Below, in pieces: positions 1 to 13,206 of a stretch of DNA of 64,000 bases. Where the stretch lies: NCBI GenBank assembly GCA_001662655.1, contig KV460207.1; one strand, 5' to 3'. A program made the translations under genes and the position numbers. This DNA comes from Pseudogymnoascus verrucosus. Lineage: Eukaryota. A model generated the notes under the pieces. That model did not search any database, was not told the origin of the DNA, and saw only the letters and a program-made list of their open reading frames with translations. Position 1 is the stretch's first letter, and every line of letters begins with the position of its first letter.

Positions 1-3000
1 GAATGTTTGAGCGAAGGAAATTTCACGCAGAGTTTCTGGGCCCTTGTCAAGCTGTTCGTGTAGAGGGGTGAGTGTCGCAAACATGCCCTCAATATCATTG
101 GCACCGAAGTAGAGTCTCGATGCTTCTTCAAGACCTTCATGCCATTGCTCGTGCCAAAGCACTGCGACGCGGATAAGTTCTTGGCTAACAACGTCGGCTT
201 GGTCCACAAGTTGGGCGCTGTGCTGGCGCATGCTGTCCATAATTTGGCCAGCTGACCTGGATCTTCTTGTAGTTTGTGCAGACTTCATGGCAACAGTAAG
301 AGGGTATACAAGGGCCTGAGGATGTGCACGCCCGACATCTGCAAGTAGGGCATGAATCGATTGCCGCACGCGTGTATTTGGCTGGTTAATGCGCGCAATA
401 AGTTGCGGGATAACCTCGAGCCAGGTATCAACGCTGACCGAAGCAAATCCCTCGATAACCACTGCATTCACCTCGGGGTTCCCGCCGTGTGCAAACCATA
501 GCGTAAGGAGTCGAAGCGTATCTTGCAAAGAGCTACCGGCTGATAGTGAAATCGACTTGAAGAATCCCCTCACAGCAGGGACAACGTGGTCAATCAAGAC
601 ATTGTGAGGTACCACTGCTGTCTCTCGCTCCGGCTTCTGATTCACAGACTGAGCAATTTCGAAGTTCGCCAGAGCCCAAGCATGCCAAGCCTTATACCAG
701 TTCGGATTGAATTGAGTGGCAGCAGAATATGCCGCCAAGATATCTCCAACTTGGTCATGACGCCAGTCACCTCGGTTTAGCGACACTTGCCATTCTCCTT
801 GCTTGAGGCAGCATCGAGAAAGCAACTCCGTATGGTCTGCCAAAGCCTTGGGGCTCATAGCGTAGGGTGCGCCGTTGCCATTCACAGCAGAGAGGCCGTT
901 TGCCATGTCGTTGGCGCCATGTCCATCCTGCATGCCATGCGCGGCCATCTGCGACGAATGCAGTCTTTCGGCCATGTCGTTGCTGAAGATTTTAAGCCCA
1001 TCTAATGCAGCAGCCTTGTGCCCAACGGCCCAGTGATATTTGAGGACGGCATAATTGACTGCTGGAGTAATATGTCTAGGTGGCTCGCGATGGTATTGCC
1101 CGTGGCCATCAGCATTGATATATGGCAGAACAGCATCGAGACTGTCATCGTTACCAATTAATTGTTGCAGAGATTTTTCAGCCAGACCCATCCGACCTGA
1201 TTTTCTACACAGATTGGCAAATTTGATCCACATCTGCATGTTCTCCTTGGGAGAAATGACGAGCGCACGGAGCTTCAACATTCGTTGCCATACTTCGACG
1301 TTCCGTTGGCACCCCAACAAACGTGTCTCCCACGTACGTCTCATAGTTTCTTGCTTAGCTGGATTGTCGTTGCTCTGCTTGTACACGATAAGCTCTTCAA
1401 GCTCGGCAAGCATCTGAACCCGAACGACTACAGCATATGCGCGATTGTACGACTCGCTCACAAGAGCGCTCAGCTCCGTATCTAGTCCTTCTCTTGCTTT
1501 TTGAATGTATACGCTCGCCTCGTGGAACTGGTTCCTATGAAGTGCGAGAATTGCACCGAAGAATGATCGGTCCGGAGACTGGATCTTCATGACGCTTAAG
1601 TAATCATCCATAAGATCCCACTTGCCCAATCCCCAAGCAGAGGAAGTAGCTAATGGTGCGATCCTTCGCTGAACATCAAGAGTTGAAGTATGGAAGGTAT
1701 CTTGAGCCAAAGCCGAGAGTTCATCCCATTCACCAAGAGCGTGTAAACATCGCATCTTGCCCATGATGATCTCTATCCTCTCACCAGGCTCGGTGCTTTC
1801 TTGCTCCCTCTGCTTGTAGAAATCCAGTGCCTCTTCCCACCTCTCAAGCTTTTCAAACCAAGTCTCACGCAGAGCAATGCCATCTGCATAAAGTTGTGCT
1901 CTCCGGAGAATTCCAATCGCAGCGTCGTATTGCTGCAACTGGTTATTGATCTGTATCAATGCTTCAACGGCACCCCCGCTCTGGTCCTGGAGGAATTCCA
2001 GCTCTTTATAATGCAATGCCTTCGCGTATGCATGGCATCTACCAGCTTCGCGGCCAAGAATTCGAATATCGATCGGCAAAGCCTTATCATCGTGCTCCAT
2101 AAATTCTGCGAGGTTCAGCAGAATTCCAAGGAGATCTGGCGTAATATGAGGTGATTTGACGGCTAGCTCGATATTCTGAATAAGATCGTCTTGGTACTGT
2201 TCAAAGAGGTCGCTCCAGCAAGAGACAAATGCAGAATTGAACAACTCCTTTGCAAGAGGTGGATAGGTGCTTGCCAGACTTGCACAGGCCCTCAGCGCAT
2301 GATTCGGTGACTCCATAAGGACAGTCACGCTGAATCTTCGCATCCACTCTTGCCAATCTTCTTTCGTTGACTTCCCCTGAGCATCCCAAGCACTCTTCAG
2401 ATGCACTGGGTTCGAGTCAAGCTTTTTATTGCTGATATCAGAGAACGGGGCCTCGTCAATTTGGTTGTAGTATCGTTCTTCTGGGCTTAAATCCTGTGGG
2501 AGAGGCTCGCCCTTTTGCAACTTGGTAACAAGGAGATCGTAGTTTTGGTGCGTTATCTGATGGGCAATAAGCACCTTTTTGATTGTAGAGACAAAGTGGA
2601 GGTAGTCTCTTCCAAGCTGGAATATCAATGCGCAAAGAGTGTCCAGTGCTGCAAGCCTCAAAGATGGATCGGACCCCCCTAAGACTCGTGCCAGAGGATG
2701 GATGATCTTTGAGGCATAATCATTAAGATTGACCTGACGAGAGATTTTCCCGATAGCATCTATTGCGGATTTTCGAATAAAAGAAGGCTGTTGTGGCTTT
2801 TCAAAAACCTTCACAATGACGGGAATGATTAGGTGCATGTATTCTTCACTACTCGATCCGAAAACCAAGAACGCGTGTAGGACCTTCTCGGATGGCAGTC
2901 GACGGGTTGAAGTGTCCTTCTCTAACACACCAAGCATAAGTGGAAGGAGACTAGCAAGGTAGATCTTAAATTCCCCCTCGAGAGAGCGAGCAATGGCCTC

Positions 3001-5876
3001 CACAAGCTGGAGGATAGTAGCTTGTAGTGATGGAGAAACATTCCAGTATTCTTGCAAGACTTCGACAATGTCCGGAAGATAATTTCGAATATGCTGGCGA
3101 ACAATAGTGACAAGAATAGCAAGTTGGTTAAAGTAAGATTCGAGCCTGTTCGCTGGCGAGGCGCGGATTACCGATATGAAAGCAGGAATAATCTTGTCGA
3201 GAAATGAAATACACTCCAAACCCAAGGTTCTGAAAATATTCATAATCGCTTCGATTACAACAGCGTGATGTTGTACAAGGGACTGGTCCTTCAAGATTTG
3301 TAACAAAGCATTGATGACAACTGTAGGATAGTACTCCTTGTTAGATGGTGTAAGTCCAGTCATCATGAGGGAGATGTCGGTCATCTGGTTGGACTCCGAC
3401 CGTAATTGCATCTCAGGGGATTTTTCCTCCACTTGCTGTTGCTTATACGGATCCAATGCTCCGAGAATGCCGATTAACTTGATTGTTTCTTGTCGCAGCG
3501 GGCCTCTCTGAGACTCCCCCCGGATCACACCTTGCAGTATCTCCAGCAACTGGGGATAGTCCATGTATGGCTTGATAACATAACCAGAGTTACTGGCAAG
3601 TTGGCCCAATGTTTTCAAGGCTGCTTCTCGCTTTTGTGACGAGCTTTGGTCTTGAAGGGCCTCGAGAATAATTGGCATAAGTTGGTCGATATATGGTATC
3701 ATATCTTCACCGCCAACGGTAGCAAGCTCACCAATAGCTTTTAGAATTGTTGCAGCCACCGCTGGACTTGGATCTCTCGCCTTCGGCAGCAAAACCGAAA
3801 TCATTGGATCGACATAAGGCTTGATTAACCTTTGAGAGTTTTGAACCAAAAGGCTCAATAGTTTCGCGCTCTCTTCCTTGTTTCGGGCAACATCAGAAAA
3901 CTCTAACTCGGTCAACATCTGGATGAGTACTTTTCGTAACGAGGGGACCACGTAGGCCGGGTTAACAAGTGTTAGGCGTCCAATAATAGTAATCGCCACT
4001 TCTCGGATAGCGAAGACTTCATCATTGAGGGCAAAGAACAGCGTACGGATATTCTCCGACTTCGCAAGATGCCGATCGAACCTTTCATCCAAAGCAGCCA
4101 GTACTGTTCGTCGAATTTGCGGATCTGGGTCTGCTACGCCAACTGTGAGCAACTTCTCAATTACTTCGTTGACAACCTGGATTGCGTGATAGCTAGTCTG
4201 GTTGACAATCGGATCCCGAATATAAAGCTGGCAACACGTTAAAGCCGCAGCCTCTCTGATTTCAGGGCTTTCGTCCTCGACATATTTGATAGCGACATCA
4301 CGGACGAACTCGTTGAGCACATGGCCTGAAAAATCAAAGCTGCCCAAAGTGTTTAATGCCAGCTTAATCTCCGCCTGACGATGCTCGTAGGCCTGTGGGT
4401 CCTTTGAATCTTTGGACACAATTGGCACTGCAGCAATACTGTTCGGGGTTGGTGCTCCAAGAGGCTTGAAGGGCTCCCCACATAGAATGTTGCTGAGCAT
4501 GTCAAGGAGCCTCTCCTGGATGATAGATGTAACAGGTGGTATATGGAAGGCCATGTCCACCAGAGCTTGTGTCAGCTTTGGCGTCAGCTCGCAAGCAAAT
4601 ATAGGGTCTAGGAGAGCCTCCATATATTTGCTAAGAGTCTGACCAACTGCTGCGGCCAACCTGCTGATACAGTCGAACACAGGATCCACGCTGCCACTTC
4701 GACGAGATTTAAGACTTAAACCCTCACGGACATAAATCAGAACACCATCGAGATATGGCGCAATTGCACTCTTAACTGCATTGGCGATGTTGCCAATGGC
4801 CAAGAATGCGTCGTTTCTCTCCTTGTCTTTCTTGAGCATCCCAGACAGGAAAATCATGAACTTGTGGAGGTAGGTTTGTGCGAAATCTGTGGGAGAGTAG
4901 TTTGCTAATTCGGGTATTAAAAGCACCACGGTGCGGCGAATCACAGGTTCGCGGTGATCTTTCATTTTGAAAACGATCTCGCATGCCTCCTGGTAATGCT
5001 CATGCATGAACATGCCTCCTTGCTGTAGTAGCTCTTTGATGACCAGAAGAGAACCGTGAATTGACTCGACTGTCCCCATTTTGATTCCAACGCGTGATTC
5101 CTCGTATATCATCGACTGCCATTGCAGTCTCCTGGCCTGCTCTCTTTCCCGGATTATTTGGAAGTAGGCGCTGATAGCCTCCGCAGCTGTTTCTCGAATG
5201 AGGAGTCGTATATCCCGCAAGCCAACCCAGATAAGGTCGAAAACATGCTGTACATATGCATACATGAGGGTTTGCGCATTTCTACCCAACTCTCTCAGTA
5301 TGAGGACTGCACTGTAGCGACGTTCCTCGACCCGATCTGACTGTAGCCACTCTAAGGCGGTCTTCACCTCGCTCTCTACCAGTTCGGATATTAAAGAGCC
5401 TCCGGGTCGGCATAATCTCCCCAGCGCCACGGCTGCTGGCTGCATGGCGACAAGGTCTTTACTCCTGAGCACACTCCTCAGGGATTGGGCGAATCGCGTA
5501 GTTTTCTGAGCTGCGTCGACGCCATTAAAGTCGATGAGTGCATCGAGGGCCATGACGCCGCCCAGGCGGTCGATAGGATCGTTTCCATGACTTATTAATT
5601 GTGTTATTTTTCCATTGACGACATTGTAGAATTCGATAAAGCGCTCCTGTGGAAAGTCTGCCTTCTATTAGCTAAAGCCAACAACCGCGGCAATAGTAGC
5701 ATACCTCTCGCAGTAACCACCACCAACTCCTGGAGCTCTATCGCAGCTCGTTTTCGTACATCTTCATTTCTGGTTTAGTTAGCTCTGCACCAATATGGAG
5801 GCGTTGGGCGTTGGGCTCACCGAGAACGTAGCTCTCCTACTAGTCTATTCAGGACGTCTACTGCTTGTTGCGACAT
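1..5876 (-). CDS. TOR: TOR phosphatidylinositol kinase-related kinase (HEAT and FAT regions; 3' end runs off the window start)
   Basis: ATG at 5876 (MSQQAVDVLNRLVGELRSR), two short 5' introns (~5820-5770, ~5704-5658), then a long open frame with TOR HEAT/FAT motifs (e.g. YAKALHYKELEFLQD, IMGKMRCLHALGEW). Absent from the ORF track because no stop codon lies inside the window. Confidence 0.95.
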
Positions 5877-6209
5877 CTTCCAGAGTACTGCTCCCTGCGA
5901 GCGCCTTAATTAGAATGTGAAGTCGCCATCCATAAGCGCTACTCAAAAGACGGTGGATGTTCAAATATGGCGCCTGAAGGAGTGTGTTGTTCGTGGCGTC
6001 TTGAGATTGTTTGTTTCGGTCGTTGGGTCGTCGTCTTGTGATTCCAGGTAAGGTCGATAGACGGATGTCCCCAGCCCAACATCCCTGCAAGTCATGCATT
6101 AGCGGCAATTCGATAAGCCTTGTCATATTTGGACATCAGCCTCGACCTACATTTATGGACAAACTTCAATCGCCACAACACATATCCACATCATATAAGG
6201 CACTTTAAG

Positions 6210-7231
6210 ATGGGTAATGACGGAGGCAGGTATGTACACTTCAAATAAATGCGCCAATAATTTAATTTCTAACCGAATATAGTATTCCAACGCGACGAGA
6301 GCTAGTCAAGAATGCGGCGCGCGACCCGACCACCACGGAGGCGAAGGCGACACAGCTCGAATCGCAAACACACGCTTGGACATACTGTCCTCTTTCCCAA
6401 CGACCTTTGTCTACCCCTATAGTCTCGGATTGCGCCGGTACTTTATATAATAAAGATGCGATTATAGAGCACCTATTACCGAGTGACGACTCTTCGCCAG
6501 AATCAAAGAGCGACCATGAGGAGGTCCTTAAAGGGCGTGTAAAATCGCTGCGGGATGTCGTCGAAGTCAAATTCCAAACCGCGAAGGACGAGGTGGCAAA
6601 GGCGGAGATACGACTATGCCCTATTACAAGCAAAGAGTTAGGCCCGACAACAAAATCTGTGTATCTGGTACCTTGCGGACATGCATTTGCGGAGGTGGCA
6701 ACCAGAGAGGTGGCAGGAGTGGCCTGCATGGAGTGCAATGAGCCGTACGTTTCAGAGAACATTGTCACAATACTACCTACCACAAAAGAAGATATTGGAA
6801 GGCTTGACGAGCGCATCAGGAGGTTAAGAGACTCGGGTCTGACGCATTCATTAAAGAAAGCTCCGGGGTCAAAAAAGAGGAAGAAGCACGCAGAGGCAGA
6901 GACTAAGGAAACAATTGAGATGCCGAACGAGGATAACGGAATCAAATCGAAGGACGATGTACGGTCAAAGATACCGGCAGGAATACCAGATGATGTCTCT
7001 TCAACTTTACAACTTAAGAACGGCTCCACGGCTTCAGCTGGCAGGATAAAAAATGCCGCGACTGCAAGTCTCACAGCAAAGGTTCTAGACGAGCAATCGG
7101 AAAGGAACAAGCGGAGAAAGCTTGGATTAAACGATAATTTGAAGAGTTTGTTTTCAAAAAGCGGGCCTAGCGAACTCAAAGGCGCTGGGGATTTTATGAC
7201 TAGAGGATATTCAGTACCGAAGAGAACATAG
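6210..7231 (+). CDS. RTF2: Replication termination factor Rtf2 (RING-like)
   Basis: Exon 1 MGNDGG(S), GT-AG intron ~6230-6282, then IPTRRELVK...CPLSQRPL...CPIT...CGHAF, the typical Rtf2 N-terminus and RING cysteines. Confidence 0.92.
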
Positions 7232-7386
7232 GTATTTGAATGAAGACTTCAATATTATAAGAACAAGTCTTGATGCTTTATTTCTGCTCCCATTTTTTAT
7301 CAATACAAGTCTGAGCAAAGAATTGTGTTGATTCCTATCATCGTTCTTCCCGCCTCATAAACATTCTCGGTCGACCTCATCCGACC

Positions 7387-8034
7387 TCAGCTCCGACACA
7401 TCTTGATTTCGTGTTTTAGCCTACAGGACAACGATTTCTCTATGTCGCCCATAAACCGCACGAAGGCTCCTACGGAGCTCCCAAAAAAAATCCACATGAA
7501 CCGTGGTCCATACCGTGCGCAGTTCCAAATAGCTATACCAAGCTTTTTGAGGAATGGCCCTCTCCGGCATGCGAAAGTAGCGACGACTTCAACGATCACC
7601 GTTACCAGAATCCGTTCAATTCTTGCCAGAAACCGATTCCACTTCCTGCAGGCCCAGAGAAGGCCATAAAAAAGGCGGGTCCACCAGTATGCCAACAATA
7701 TTTCCGGGGTAGCGCAAAAAGGCTCCTTGAACTCTCTGGATTCCTTGCTTCTTGGTCCGTAAATCGTATTCCACAACCAGAAAGCCCAGATATGCTTAAT
7801 GAACCATTCAGGCTTCCCGACCTCTCCCCATCCTATGAAGGTCCAGGCAACCGGTGGCGGCACAGGTAAATCAGACGGAGTCACTGGTGGTCCTGGTTGC
7901 TCAAGCGGTGAGGCTATCGATTCCAAGTTGCTCACAACCGCCGCGGTAGTATCATTGGCGAGGAACAGCTTCTGCCATATGCGCTGTGCGTAGCTTCTGA
8001 CGAAAATAAACATTTGAATTGCCCTGAAAGCCAA
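7387..8034 (-). CDS. Possible orphan hypothetical protein (Trp-rich, hydrophobic); start uncertain
   Basis: 215-aa open frame filling the gap between RTF2 and the metallothionein gene; no recognisable family. Confidence 0.3.
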   Translation of the reverse strand: MAFRAIQMFIFVRSYAQRIWQKLFLANDTTAAVVSNLESIASPLEQPGPPVTPSDLPVPPPVAWTFIGWGEVGKPEWFIKHIWAFWLWNTIYGPRSKESREFKEPFCATPEILLAYWWTRLFYGLLWACRKWNRFLARIERILVTVIVEVVATFACRRGPFLKKLGIAIWNCARYGPRFMWIFFGSSVGAFVRFMGDIEKSLSCRLKHEIKMCRS

Positions 8035-8169
8035 TTGAATGGCCCTAATCGCTATCTTAATTGTGCTGTGACTTCAGAATAGAATTCCTGTAAAATTCCC
8101 CTTGCGCCTATTCATGCCCTTCCAACTCCCGAAATAACAAAAGCCGTTATCACCGTAAAAGAATATCGA

Positions 8170-8764
8170 CTACTTCGTTGTGAAGTCAGTCTCGAGGGGG
8201 TTCACTCCTCCGTCCGTAGCTTTCTCGCATGAACAAGCATCTGCTACACGTTAGTACTAAATAAGTCAGATATAATGGAACAACTTACCAGCTGGGCGGA
8301 CACCACATGCACATGTAGAGCCGGTTGGGGTTTTGTTCTCAGTTGAAGCGCGGTCACAAGTGCATGCACCGGCTGGTCTCGCGCCTGGAGATTGTATCAG
8401 CTTCTGTAAATAAGAGTAACAGTTGCCTCCGCATAAGATGTTCAGCATCTGTGGTTGTATCTTTACTACGTGGGACTTGAGAGCCGCAGAAGACAAGTTT
8501 GTTCCACAATACAGAGCCAGAGATGATAGATTTGGGGTATGACTTACGGCACGAACAGCGAGGTCCCTCAACTTTGTTTTCTTCCGAGGCCTTGCTACAG
8601 TTGCACTCAAGAGCATGCTTTTCGCCACAGGAGCATTTTGCTTGAGCAGCTAGAAGATGTTAGTAAAGTTGAGCCCAAGGTGATGTAGGGTGGCTCCTAC
8701 CACAGATACAGCCTTGCCCAGTCTTCTTGCAACAGGTGGTGGATTGAACAGTTTCGGTGGCCAT
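8170..8764 (-). CDS. Cys-rich metallothionein-like copper-resistance protein (Crd2-like), 4 exons
   Basis: Spliced translation MATETVQSTTCCKKTGQGCICAAQAKCSCGEKHALECNCSKASEENKVEGPRCSCRARPAGACTCDRASTENKTPTGSTCACGVRPADACSCEKATDGGVNPLETDFTTK* with repeated CxC motifs and GT-AG introns. Confidence 0.85.
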
Positions 8765-9224
8765 TTTGACGATGTTTGGTTGTTGTTATTGAAGGTGAAG
8801 TAAATAAATCTGTTATGACTGGAGAAGGAATTCTCTGATTTCTGGATGTAATTATTTGGAAAGTTAATACTCTGAAGGAAGTGGTTGTTCTCGTCCTTTA
8901 TAAGTCCAAGTTATCAGCCTTGCATGGCAATGATTTGATTTACCTTAATCCTGATTGGCTGAAATGCAAGCTACTGAAAGCAGCTGCGGGTAGCAGCTAC
9001 CAGTAACTACCAGTAAACAGTAATCAGTTACACAGCAATCCTGATTGGGGAAGCTCCATTACTCGTTCAGGTTCAGAGAGAGGTCCAGGTTGTTTGTCAT
9101 ATTATATGGTACATACAATGTCTAATGAGGTATCTGTGATTCGTAAACGCCGAAATGTCCCACCCATATCTTACACTGCCCCAAGTTTATGTTCCCCCAT
9201 ATCCTACACTGCCCAAGTCTATGT

Positions 9225-10113
9225 TCAGAATTTGCTCTCCTTGTATGGGTATCTTGGCTCGTCGTCTTTCCTATACCACAGCTGCTTCTTCTTCTTGGTG
9301 GGGACATGTTCTACCCAAATCTGCTTCGCATGTTCCTTCATGAACCGCCTGATGAACCTTGGATCCCACAGTTCACTGGCTACGCCGAGATCCTTGCAGC
9401 ACCGCATCAAGGCGTTTGATTTGCATCCTTCGGTAGCCGTAGGAATACCTTCTGGGGAGAAGTAGGCCTGCTCGCCGCGGGAAACAGAAACCAGTCTATA
9501 GAATATCAGCTCTTGCCCAATCTCAGTAATGTTGTCCAGACAAACCTTCCATGCGCCACAAGTGCGTACTCCCTTGTAATGCTCTTCGGTGTAACAATAG
9601 TCTCTCCTCGAGGGGCCAGACCCCAGCCTCCTGGGCCAAACGCCCTGTTCAATATCCGTCTGTATTTGATCTCTGGTAGATATACAATTCCGTCCGGCTT
9701 GACCTCCACATCGTCAGTGGGTATTTCGGCAAGTAATATATCTGCGGCTTCTTTCGAGAATGGCTGGGCAGATAGACCGTGGAAAGACTTGGCCCAGTCA
9801 ACCTGTCGACTACCCTCGTCGAGAATGAGCGGCTCGTCTGCCAATCCTGATGTAATGTCGTTGATTGGCGACTGGTCATCTATAGACGCTGGCTTGCTGG
9901 CCCCGTTCGTTCTCGGCGCATTTCCATTTCCCTCCCCATTTGTTGGCTTGCGGTTATAGCTCGCTCCTGGCGTCGCAACTCGGATTTGTGAAGCAGAGAG
10001 GAATCGTTTAGCTCCGGACAGGCGTGCATTCCGTGTTGGATTCGATGATTGTAGGAGACAGAGGCTTGGTGACTGTCTGAGGCAGCCCCCAGTAGCTATC
10101 CTGACTCCCGACA
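9225..10113 (-). CDS. MGM101: Mitochondrial genome maintenance protein Mgm101
   Basis: [11 protein letters not shown]...[35 protein letters not shown]; after one intron [21 protein letters not shown]. Confidence 0.95.
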
Positions 10114-10351
10114 TATCTGGTAGTTGGAAGTAATAACTAATGGTGTCGTTACAAGTTCTAGATTCCGTTCGCGACATTTGCCTCGCATCCTTGTAATAGC
10201 CTCACGCGACTTGAGCCGCAACACCATTGGAACAATTAAACCCACCAAAACTTTACACATAGATTGGAGTTTGTCTATTTAATAATACAACAATAATATA
10301 TACATTTACTGATGTACAGCTGTATTTTTGTTGAGCTCAATATGCACTTCC

Positions 10352-10805
10352 CTACGCATCCTTCATACTCGTCCGCTTGTCATTGCTCTGTTTCTTCCAA
10401 CAGAGCTTGAAGTTCTCGAGCTTTAAAGAGGGTATCAATTAGCTATGCACTTGATAATTGTAGAGTCCCAGTTACTTGGGTGCGGAGCCGCTTAGATATC
10501 TGAAAAGGAAGGATTGGCGGTTTACATACCTCCTCTTTACACTGTCGCCAGTCTTTCTTTTCATAAAAGCAATCATTCATCTTGGTATTCTCAGCTGTTA
10601 GGATTGTGAGCTATATCGTCCCAAGTAAGACATCTAGTTTGACCACATACTGGCGCAGCCTGTGCTGAAGATTCTCTTGTCCCTACAGAGCACGGTTAGC
10701 GTTGGGGACGGCTTTTGGCGGCTTTAGTTTCGTTTACCACTCATCCGGCTCATCATCATCAACTGCGGCATTGATTACTTTGTTTTTATCCCCCAAGTTA
10801 GACAT
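10352..10805 (-). CDS. COA4: Cytochrome c oxidase assembly factor 4 (twin CX9C), 4 exons
   Basis: Spliced MSNLGDKNKVINAAVDDDEPDEWDKRIFSTGCA-ENTKMNDCFYEKKDWRQCKEELENFKLCWKKQSNDKRTSMKDA*; missed by the ORF track because exons are tiny. Confidence 0.88.
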
Positions 10806-10934
10806 CGTGTTGGAAGTTGTGGATGTTCTTTGGGTAGTCAATTTTGTTGAGAATACAACGTTCTCGCCTGACTGACACGGATTAAAACCACCGCCTCGGC
10901 TCCGAATACATCAGGTAATTTGGTTGATGGGAAG

Positions 10935-13194
10935 ATGGTTACCAAAAAATTGAACGTCCTGGTGTACTCTGGTATGTTTAACAAACCAGCAAAAAGCTCT
11001 CCTTGACTAGGCCTGTACTAAAATGATAAACAGGCACGGGAAGCACAGATGGGGCAGTCCGTCACGCTCTTTACACACTGAGGCGGCTTCTTTCCCCGAA
11101 CTACGCCGTCTTTCCTGTATCTGATTCGGTGATTATCAAAGAGCCATGGGCATCGTCATGTGCTCTTCTTGTCTTTCCTGGCGGCGCAGATCTTGGGTAT
11201 TGCCGAGTACTCAATGGCGAAGGCAATGACCGTATTAGTCAATATGTCCGAAGGGGTGGCTCATATCTTGGATTCTGTGCCGGTGGCTACTATGGAAGCC
11301 GGAGGTGCGAATTCGAGGTGGGAGACAAGAAAATGGAAGTCGTCGGGAAACGCGAATTGTCATTCTTCCCGGGCATCTGCAGAGGATGTGCGTTCAAAGG
11401 CTTCGTTTATCAAAGCGAAGCTGGAGCGTGTGCTGCAGAATTGACTGTGGAGACAGAATCCTTTGCTGGGATAGACTGCCCAAAGTCTTTTAAATCCTAT
11501 TATAACGGCGGCGGCGTCTTTGTAGATGCTGCCAATTTCAAGTCGGAGGGTGTTGAAGTACTGGCCACATATTCCAAAGACACGGATGTTGACGGGGGAG
11601 ACTGTGGAACGAGGGCTGCTGCAGTTTACTGTAAGATAGGCGACGGATGTGCAGTGCTTACGGGACCTCACCCAGAGTATGTCAAGCTCAGATTCTCGCA
11701 TGGCACATGCTAACAGTGGCAGATTCGCGGCGGCAAACCTAGACGCCAAATCGGGCGGGCCAGACTATTCCAAGATGATTGAGAGCTTGATGGAAGGCGA
11801 CAACCTCAGGGAAAGCTTCATGAAAGCATGTCTCACGAAAATGGGACTCCGTGTTGCAATAGAGACACCCACGGTACCACCAGTACTTTCCGCCCTTCAT
11901 ATTTCTTCTCTTCATAATGTCGAGGTTTCTGAGCTATTTGACGATCTGAAGAATGATGTGACGCTTGAGGAGGGAGAAAGTTTCGTAAAAGGAGAGAACG
12001 ATACTTTTCTCATTGAAAGGAATGGCTCTCCTTTATCGTTACATTCTCTCGGCGTTTCTCTTCCAGAAACCAGCTCAGAGGAAAAAGATGAAGCAGAAAC
12101 TGATCAGCTTCGCAGTGGCCAAGGCGAGAAAAATATCGATTATAACAAGGTCATAAAGCGCCTAGTATTCCATGATGGTGGATGGCCTCAGAACTCTGAG
12201 ACTCCGCATTTTAACCACGACGTTTTCTACTCGGAACTTGTCGATTACCAAGACGAAAGCGGTAGTCGAGCAGAAGACTTTGGCAAGGTCATCATGTATG
12301 GAGATGTTGTTACCAGTACAAATACTTTGCTGGAAAAGTACGTTCTCACAAAAAATCCAATGACTACTTCTAACAACTGCGTGCAGGAACCAGAAGCTTT
12401 TATCACACCTCCCAAATGGCTTCACCGCAACAGCAACAGCTCAAGTTGCTGGCAGGGGTCGCGGATCAAACGTTTGGGTTTCACCCGTTGGATCATTGAT
12501 ATTTTCCACCTGCATCAGACACTCCCTAGAATTGTCGGCCAAAGCCCCTGTTATCTTCGTCCAATATCTTGCTGCCATCGCTATCGCGGAGGGGATCAAG
12601 ACTTATGGCAAGGGATACGAAGATATCCCCGTGAAACTTAAGTGGCCCAATGATATCTGTAAGTACAATCAATGCCAGCTCTTGAGAATAATATTGATAA
12701 TTCTAGATGCTCTGGATCCCACAAAACCAGGAAATAAGGAATATGTAAAGATTGGTGGGATTCTAGTGAACTCTTCATACTCCTCTGGCAATTACAACCT
12801 TGTGGTTGGCATTGGAATCAACACAACAAATGCTGCACCAACAACCTCCCTGAACGCACTGCGGCCGCAACACCTCCCAGAGTTCACCATTGAAAAGCTC
12901 CTTGCTCGAATTTTAACTAAGTTCGAGGACATCTATATCCAATTCTGTCGATCAGGGTTCGATAAGAAGCTAGAGGAAACATACTACAAGCTGTGGCTCC
13001 ATAGTGAGCAGATCATTACGCTGGAAGCTGAAGGGGGTGTTAGGGCGAGAGTGCTCGGGATCACTAGAGACTGGGGATTTTTGCGGGTCCAGGAGCTGGG
13101 TTGGGAGGATAAGCCCACTGGGAAGATCATCGAATTGCAAACAGACAGCAACAGTTTTGATTTCTTCAGGGGTCTTGTCAAGAGGAAAGTATAG
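10935..13194 (+). CDS. BPL1: Biotin-protein ligase (BPL_N plus catalytic domain), multi-exon
   Basis: MVTKKLNVLVYSG start; LLVFPGGADLGY, GFCAGGYYG, VVTSTNTLLE, QVAGRGRGSNVWVSP, KLKWPND, KIGGILV, DSNSFDFFRGLV. Confidence 0.95.
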
Positions 13195-13206
13195 GTCTTT
13201 GATATT

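Noticed and set aside
285..5340. Many short ORFs in the ORF track
   Set aside because: They are antisense or off-frame shadows of the TOR coding sequence.
9155..9225. Two-copy ~33-bp tandem duplication in the MGM101 3' region
   Set aside because: Simple local duplication with no evident function.
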